Below, one piece after another: positions 55,805-64,000 of a DNA stretch of 64,000 bases. How positions within the stretch are numbered: position 1 is the first letter of the stretch; the number at the start of each line of letters is the position of its first letter. Made by a program: the position numbers and the translations under genes. Under the pieces are notes generated by a model. That model saw only the letters and a list, made by a program, of their open reading frames with translations. It was not told where the DNA came from and made no database searches. The stretch is from NCBI GenBank assembly GCA_951406725.2, contig OX597822.1:106206001-106270000 (forward strand), in the 5' to 3' direction. The DNA comes from Octopus vulgaris. Lineage: Eukaryota.

Positions 55805-57006
55805 AAATATTATTATTATTATTATTATTATTATTATGGAATAACAGTATTTACTGTTTTTCTCCTTTGTTTATTGCATACGAAGTTCTTAAAATTTCTA
55901 GTTATTGATATTGCAATTGGTACATTCAAGATACTTCGGAGTTGGAACTTCCAAGATAATGATATCAGGGATAAATAATTTGGAAGATTTTTATCAACGT
56001 TTTTAAGTAAATCTAATAATCGTGCTTTCGTTAAACAAGAAAAAGTAACTTCAAATCACTTTTTTCTAATTTTTTATAATATTTTGTTTCATTGATGGTT
56101 CCGAAATCAAACTGTAAACAACTACGTGTGAGACTTGTATTTTAGTGACAGCACAAAAGTGTTAAACATTTAAGTCTACAGTTGGCAATACATATTTTGA
56201 TTTCTCGCTTTCTTTTTTATCACATACTCTCCTGCCTGCTTTGTTTCTCCATCTAAGTTTTTTTGTTACTTTCGTAATTCTTTGTTTTCCCATTAACCCC
56301 TCCCACTTTCCCGTGTCCATTTATTTATCTACGCATATGTCTATATATTTCTATATGTATCTCCCTTTCTCTATCACACCCTTTACTGTGTATGCGTTAG
56401 TGCGAGAATTTTTTTCTTTTTTTTTTTTCACTAAAAGCAATCATTGTTTTCTCTGAGTATATATCTGTCTCTTGCAATAAATATTTTTGTTTATGTAAAC
56501 TTTGTCACATTTACTCGACGATAAAGATTTCAAAAGTAAAAACAATTCTGAAAGTTTATTGTAATCATCGATAATGTAACTTTATTCCAGACGCTTCTAT
56601 CCATCTCAAATTACATTTTCTCCCAAATTTCTGGAAATAAAAATATAAAATAAAATTTTAATATTGGGTACAATTTAAATGTATGCCCAAGAAAATGTGC
56701 TAGCATTGACAAAGCTCTTGTCGATATGACATCCACACATTAAAATGGTTCAATAGAAAATATCGATAAATCAGAATATCAATTACTTTCTTTTTAATAA
56801 ATTATAATGTTAGTATGAAATATGTTACTCATTTGTCATATACAAGTGACCGGTTTGAATTAAATAGATTTCACATACAGAAAATTCACTGTCCAGCAAA
56901 TAATTGTGATAGCAAATAGCAACTATTAACGTAATATTGATCAGGCATTATCAATACTTTACTTCACATATTAATATACATACATATATACACATATATG
57001 TATAGA

Positions 57007-57037
<31 letters not shown>

Positions 57038-57044
57038 TTATATA

Positions 57045-57078
<34 letters not shown>

Positions 57079-57179
57079 GATGTATATATATATGTATATA
57101 TATACATATATATATACACACACACACATATATATATACGTATGTGTGTACATAAACATAATATACATACATAAAATTA

Positions 57180-57218
<39 letters not shown>

Positions 57219-57859
57219 GTGTGCATTTGTGTGAGAGTGTGTATAAATATAAATATGTCAGTGCTTGCTTTTGCTTATCGGTATGTTTCTGTGAATTCTT
57301 GTTTGTGTGTACAAGAAAGTGTGTGTTTGCGTGTTGCTGTGTGTATTATATTGGGAGAGAAAGTGAAAGTGCAAGTAGAGAGATACCGGAATGTTTTTAT
57401 ACGTGTATATAGACATAATTTTAAACTTATTTATCTGTATGTGTTTATTACACACAGGCGAAATACATATGCACTTCAGGCAGACAGTCAGTCAGACAGA
57501 GACAGAGACAAAGAGAGATTATCTATGAATACACACACGCAAATATTATTGATGCACGCAAACACACAAACACACAAACACACACATATATATACATATA
57601 TAGATATATATGAGCACATATACATATATATATAAATACATATAAGAAATGGAGAACAAAAGAATAAATTGAACAATTATAGATTCGATTCCATTTAAAT
57701 ACTTTATACAAACAAATGACACATCTCATTATTATCCAATAATGTCTTATTATTTTCTTTATGTTGATGACTAATTAACAGTAAGAACAAGCTAAGAAAC
57801 TGAACGCATTATCGTCATTTTTTGTTAATACCGCACACAATAATATTCTAAGGGTAGAT

Positions 57860-57974
57860 GCGAACACATGTATATTTATATACATATATTAATGCAGATA
57901 TATATAACGTACACATAATTATACATAAATATATACATATACACACATATATGTATATATACATATATATATAC

Positions 57975-58047
<73 letters not shown>

Positions 58048-58322
58048 TTTGTGTATTCACGTTTGTAGACTTTGAATGTGTTCTACTTCTGCTTATGCAT
58101 GTTTGCGCGATTGCCTGTTAAGGGAAAGTCTGCAACAGAAGCAAATATAAGTACAAATCAATAAATAAATAAATAGATAGATAGATAGATATATAGATAG
58201 ATAGAGTGAGTGGGTGAGTGAGTGAGTAAGTGATTGAATGATTGATTGATTGATTGATTGATTGGTATCCGTGGGTCAAGTGCGCATGTGTATTCATACT
58301 TAATATTACACATATATGAACA

Positions 58323-58413
<91 letters not shown>

Positions 58414-58427
58414 GGATATATATATAT

Positions 58428-58515
<88 letters not shown>

Positions 58516-59132
58516 ATATATATATATATATGTCTGTGTGTGTGTGTGTGTATGTATTCATATATATAAATATATTAGATAGAAGCTGATGTGAATACAT
58601 GTACGTGCTTATATATTTTCAGATAGGTCTGCGTTTGTGTGAGTTATTCTTTGCATATGTCAATGTATACTTAAGGAGTGATTATGCGTGACATACCTTT
58701 ATATAAGTGTATAAGTGTACATATGTGTGTATTTGTGTGTATGCACGTGTATCTGCAGGTACATTTATGTGTGTGCATGTGTGTGCGTGTGTATACACAT
58801 ATGCAGTTGAATATCACATTGCTTAATAAATCCATGCGGCTTGTGGTATTTACTCACTCGAGTCCCGTAAACTGTGTTAGCGGTAAAATATTCCTTACTA
58901 AATAACACACACGAGAATAGTTTCTATAATTTTCAATACAGTATAACCCTCACTTTACTCAGCTTTCTTTATTAAGAGCAACGAAATATTTTCACTTTTT
59001 GGCAATTTATTTTCATCTGCTAAAATGAACACCTCTCCAAAATTATACAATTTGTCTGATAATATTATTCGTTTTATGCGCCAATAAACATCCCTGTATA
59101 TATATATACATACACACACATATATATATATA

Positions 59133-59180
<48 letters not shown>

Positions 59181-59328
59181 CATCTGTATGTATGTATTAA
59201 TATATTTATACACATACATATGCACATACAACTATGCATATATATATATATACATATGAATGTATGCATATACACGTATATATATATATCAATGTGTTTT
59301 GAGTAAGTGTGTATGTACACATATATAC

Positions 59329-59371
<43 letters not shown>

Positions 59372-59437
59372 TACATACAATACATTAACACAGGCGCGCA
59401 CACGCACACAGATATATAATATACATATACGCGCATG

Positions 59438-59488
<51 letters not shown>

Positions 59489-59525
59489 ACATATATGTGT
59501 ACACGTGCATACATATACACACATA
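57860..59525. repeat. Multiple (TA)n, (GATA)n and (GATT)n microsatellites
   Basis: Directly visible. Confidence 0.9.
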
Positions 59526-60339
59526 ATTCTCAGTGGTGATTCTAATATTTTCGTCTAGCCACAAGATACTTGATGAAACACATTTTGCCAATGCATATTC
59601 AAACTGTAATTCTATCAGTCCAACAGAACGGTTTCCGATATAAAACTATATCAATATATTGAAAATATGCTTTTTTTTTTAATACTTTTTCTCTGTGTTA
59701 TTTTAATATACTTTCGCTAAATGTTCTAAGGGATTTTACTTTCAATTAAAACAAAAGACAGATGTAATTTTGTATAATAAAATTATATGTCTTTGTATTG
59801 TATTTTTTTTATACAGATTTTTCTTAGCGCCTATGGTGTTCTATTCTTTAAATAATTTCTCTAAATGGTAGAAACGGAATTATTTTAGTTCTTCAAGGAA
59901 TACTAGGTTTAGATATGTTTAGATCTATGCTAGAATTAATTATCAAAATCTAGGTTTAATTTGTGACTCTATATTGAATGAACTTATAAAATTACTACAA
60001 GCAATTTTCCTACCTATTAAAATATAATACTGTTGAAATAAAGAAATCCTGGAGAATTCCTACCGAAATAGCATTCGTAATAGATTTCCTTCTTTTAACG
60101 GATCTGTGATACACTTCCAGCTTAGGAAGATTTACTTACGAACGTCATAGAGCAAGTGATAAGCTCATGACGATTTCAGAACGGGACCAAGAAGGATTTG
60201 TGTATCATTTGATAAAAAATATTCACTGCTCTTATTGCTCTTAGAAAAAAAGCATGAATGTTACAATTTTCCGTACAATTTCTTATAAAATCTAGATTTG
60301 TGCCGATTCTAAAACAAGTAGTTTTTTTTTATAATTCAA

Positions 60340-60469
<130 letters not shown>

Positions 60470-61711
60470 AGAGTAGGAGTAGCCGAGAGGATGAAAAGAA
60501 AAGAAGCGGGAACATTGTAATACTGGACAAAATACCTTGCGGTATTCGATCAAATCCCTTTATATTCTCGATTCAAGTCCAACCCAGATCGGCATTAATT
60601 TTTTTATCTTTCTTAGGTTAATAAATACTTCACCAAGCGTATTATGGGTTCGATGATTTCTTGATTAAATTCTTAAACTTAAAACTGGGTATGTCATCGA
60701 TAACATTTTTGGTTCAAGTATATTTCATGTACACAACACACTCAGTTGTTTTCATTGTGGAAAGGACGACTTCTCTTACGCTTCTAATATCGTTTGAAAA
60801 GTCACGAATTTTCACAACTGTTCATTTCCCTGAATCTCAAAATTATTAGACCTCTTAAAGATGCATAATATATATCTTGTGTTTCTACTATAAAATACTT
60901 CTTTATAATATAAAGTGAAGGAGGGGCTGAAATAAATTAAAAATATTAAGAATTTTGTATTATAGTTTTTCACCCATTCCAAAAAGCATTGGTCTGGAAA
61001 TATATTTCATTGAACGCCACACCAAAGCTAAGTTTATAATCGCAATATAACAAAAACATTATAATTTTATCAATAAACCATATAATAACAAATGCTCTGT
61101 TAACAAAGAATAATTATATTTAAGTTAGAGGATAGCTCGGGGTATTTTGTATTTGTTTTTGTTTTTATATCATCGTTACTGAACTTATGTTAAGTTCTTA
61201 TGATTTTGCATATTTTCAATAATGCTTTCAATGGATAAAATCCAGAGTCCCACTAAATAAATTATTCTGAATATTTGGTTGTTATGTTTTCTCAGGAAGT
61301 GTATTTAATAATTTATGAAGAGGACTATTGTATATTATTAATATTATTTATGTAAAGTTTTAATTTGCATAGGAAGGAAAATATTTTTTAATGTTTCTTT
61401 TTAACGACATAATCGGTAAATCAGCGGCTTGACTGGTCCATCCTGTTATTGGCAAATTTATAAATTATCACATGTTTTGCATCACCAATTTCCATAAAGT
61501 ATGACTAGTTCTGTTTCAATAAAAATTATTCACCATTATATTGAATTCGTTTTTTTATTTATTTATTAATCGTTTCAGTAATTTTTGTCAGTATGTTTTT
61601 GAAAACAAAAACCATGTTATAGAGACATACATATTCTGTACTTAATTAATTCAAAGAGCTCATTGTATATGTAGTTAACTAAATGTTGAAGCATTTAAAA
61701 ATCTATTAATT

Positions 61712-62306
61712 CAGTTCTATATTTAAGAGATGAGGAATTATGTACATTATTTACATTTGACGGATATTTGTCCTCATCTTGTTTATTGTTAACACAACGT
61801 TTCGGCTGATATACGCTCCAGCCTTCTTCAGGAGTCTTGGGGAAATTTCGAATCTGGGTTCTCATTCCTAAGGTATTTTTCGATATTATTATTATCATTG
61901 TTGTTGTTGTTGTTGTTGTTGTTCAGGTCACTGCTTGGAATCGAACTCGGAATCTTGGGGTTAGTAGCCCCCACTCTAACCACTACGCCATATGCCCGTG
62001 GGCAATTATGGAGCCCTAAAATTTACTCAATAATTGCCCACGGGCATATGGCGTGGTGGTTAAGAGCGCGGGCTACTCTCACTTTTTGAACCTGGGTTCT
62101 CATTCCTAAGATATTTTTTGATGTTATTATTATTATTATCATCATTATTATTATTAAGGTCACTGCCTGGAATCGAATTCGGAATCTTAACCACTACGTC
62201 ATATGACCGTGGGCAATTATGGAGTGAATTTTAGGGCATATGGCGTATTGGTTAAGAGCGCGGGCTACTAACCCCAAGATTCCGAGTTCGATTCCAGGCA
62301 GTGACC

Positions 62307-62405
<99 letters not shown>

Positions 62406-62566
62406 GCAGCAACAACATCGAAAAATATCTTAGGAATGAGAACTCATGTTCGAAATTCCTCCAAGACACCTGCTGAAGGCTGGAGGGTATATCAGCCGAA
62501 ACGTTGTGTTAACAACAAACAAGATGAGAACAATTATCCGTCAAATGTAAATACTGTAAATAATGT
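61712..62566. mobile_element. Rearranged Penelope-like terminal-repeat cluster (four alternating-orientation segments) with tRNA-like and hammerhead modules
   Basis: Same family as 24417-25487. Segments - (61712-62012), + (62012-62078), - (62087-62237), + (62234-62566). AAAATCTATTAATT flanks both ends. Confidence 0.88.
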
Positions 62567-63538
62567 AAAATCTATTAATTGTTACGAACAATAAATCTTG
62601 AAATATGCATATATAGCCATTACCTACTTATCCAATCTTCGATCGCATTGTCTACATTGGAGTATTCGTATACGAAACATTGAAAATTTCAGCTCTGAAT
62701 TCTATTTAAAAAACCTGTAAAATTAAACTTGAAAATCTATTAATTGTGTGAATTACTTTTAATTATTTCTTGTTAATTAATGGTTTGTATATCCTGTGTT
62801 ACGACAGTTTCTACCTTCCTTTATTTCATCATTGAAACTCACATAATTTATGGTTAGATTGGATAAGAGCTGAAGAGATACAGATATATATTAACCATAG
62901 TGTAAACATACCAATAGATAAATGAAACTAAATCTTAAACAATACAACTGTGTATAAATTCTATGTAAGAAAATATTTCATCGAACTTCATAGATATAGG
63001 GACATACTTATATGCAAAAAAAAAACGGCATACATGCATATACTCACATATGGCAAATTATAAGCAGAAAAAATAAATAAATACTAACAACTAACAACAA
63101 TGTATTACGCTGTAGATTAACGAAATATCGATGTTTCAGACAATTTGTCTCTTGTATAAATTAAGAAAAGCGGAGAATATGGTAGCATGGTTAAACAATG
63201 CCAGAAGCGAAGTAAATGGAAGTAAGTGATTCCTGACACAACAGAGTGATATTCGGAGAATAAATCTGTATGTATATGTGTGTACACACACACACATGTA
63301 TGTAGGTAGGTATGTAAGTATGTATGTGTATATATACATATATATACATATATATATGCATATATATATATACATATATATATACATATATATATGCATA
63401 TATATACATATACATATACACATATATATATATACATATATATATATACATATATATATATACATACATATACATATATATATACATATATATACATATA
63501 TATATACATATATATATATATAAATACAAATATATATT

Positions 63539-63603
<65 letters not shown>

Positions 63604-63606
<3 letters not shown>

Positions 63607-64000
63607 TTTGATACTTTGATAGGTTTCGGCCATTATTGGCCCAGGCCATGTCTAACTTAATAGCACCACCTGGTGAAGTCTTTCAAGTCAGAATTTGGGC
63701 ACTATGGCCCACTCAAGTAGAGAGTTATTGTTTACAGAGACATATCCGGGTGTAGGGGGTTTATCCGGGATTTCTTGAAGGAATCTGTCCAAAGACTTCT
63801 TGAACCCTATTGGGTCAGTTTCTGTTTTAATGTGTTTTGGTGTAATGTTAAAGGGAGCGGGGCCAATTGAGGTGAAATAATTGTGCCGTATTGTTGTTAT
63901 GAGATGAGAGTGCGATTTTTGTTTTGGGCGGATGGCACGGGGCCCAAGCCTTGGATGTACCTTAAAGGTGATGCCAACATCATTTGGGCAATGCTGATGG
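63604..64000 (-). mobile_element. 3' end of a CR1-clade LINE, continuing beyond the window
   Basis: Open frame HQHCPNDVGITFKVHPRLGPR...FKKSLDRFLQEIPDKPPTPGY...NSLLEW to a stop at 63688; tail repeats TATCAAAG. Confidence 0.88.

Noticed and set aside
62234-62308. Genuine tRNA gene
   Set aside because: Acceptor and T stems pair poorly, no oligo-T terminator, and the sequence is embedded in a repeated Penelope terminal repeat. SINE heads elsewhere are likewise not tRNA genes.

Overview
AT-rich animal genomic DNA saturated with microsatellites. The SINE repertoire suggests an octopus (inference). Nearly all ORFs in the track are microsatellite artefacts. Two + strand exons (about 12023-12509 and 43758-43956) splice in phase across a ~31 kb intron and encode a His/Gln-rich linker plus a C-terminal coiled coil resembling ERG (KCNH2-type) potassium channels, so this is probably the 3' end of that gene. 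The rest is mobile DNA: at least four tRNA-derived SINE families, an RTE LINE, three CR1-type 3' ends, Dong/R4-like ends in (TAA)n, a DD37D Tc1/mariner relic, Tigger- and piggyBac-type MITEs, a Helitron helicase relic and many Penelope-like remnants. The most striking signal is RNA structure. Several unrelated type-I hammerhead ribozyme motifs occur, often as inverted fold-back pairs set in (TA)n tracts. One Penelope family carries a tRNA-like Pol III promoter followed by a hammerhead just after its GIY-YIG stop codon. There are also miRNA-like hairpins and possible antisense exons. Coordinates were counted by eye and may be off by a few bases.
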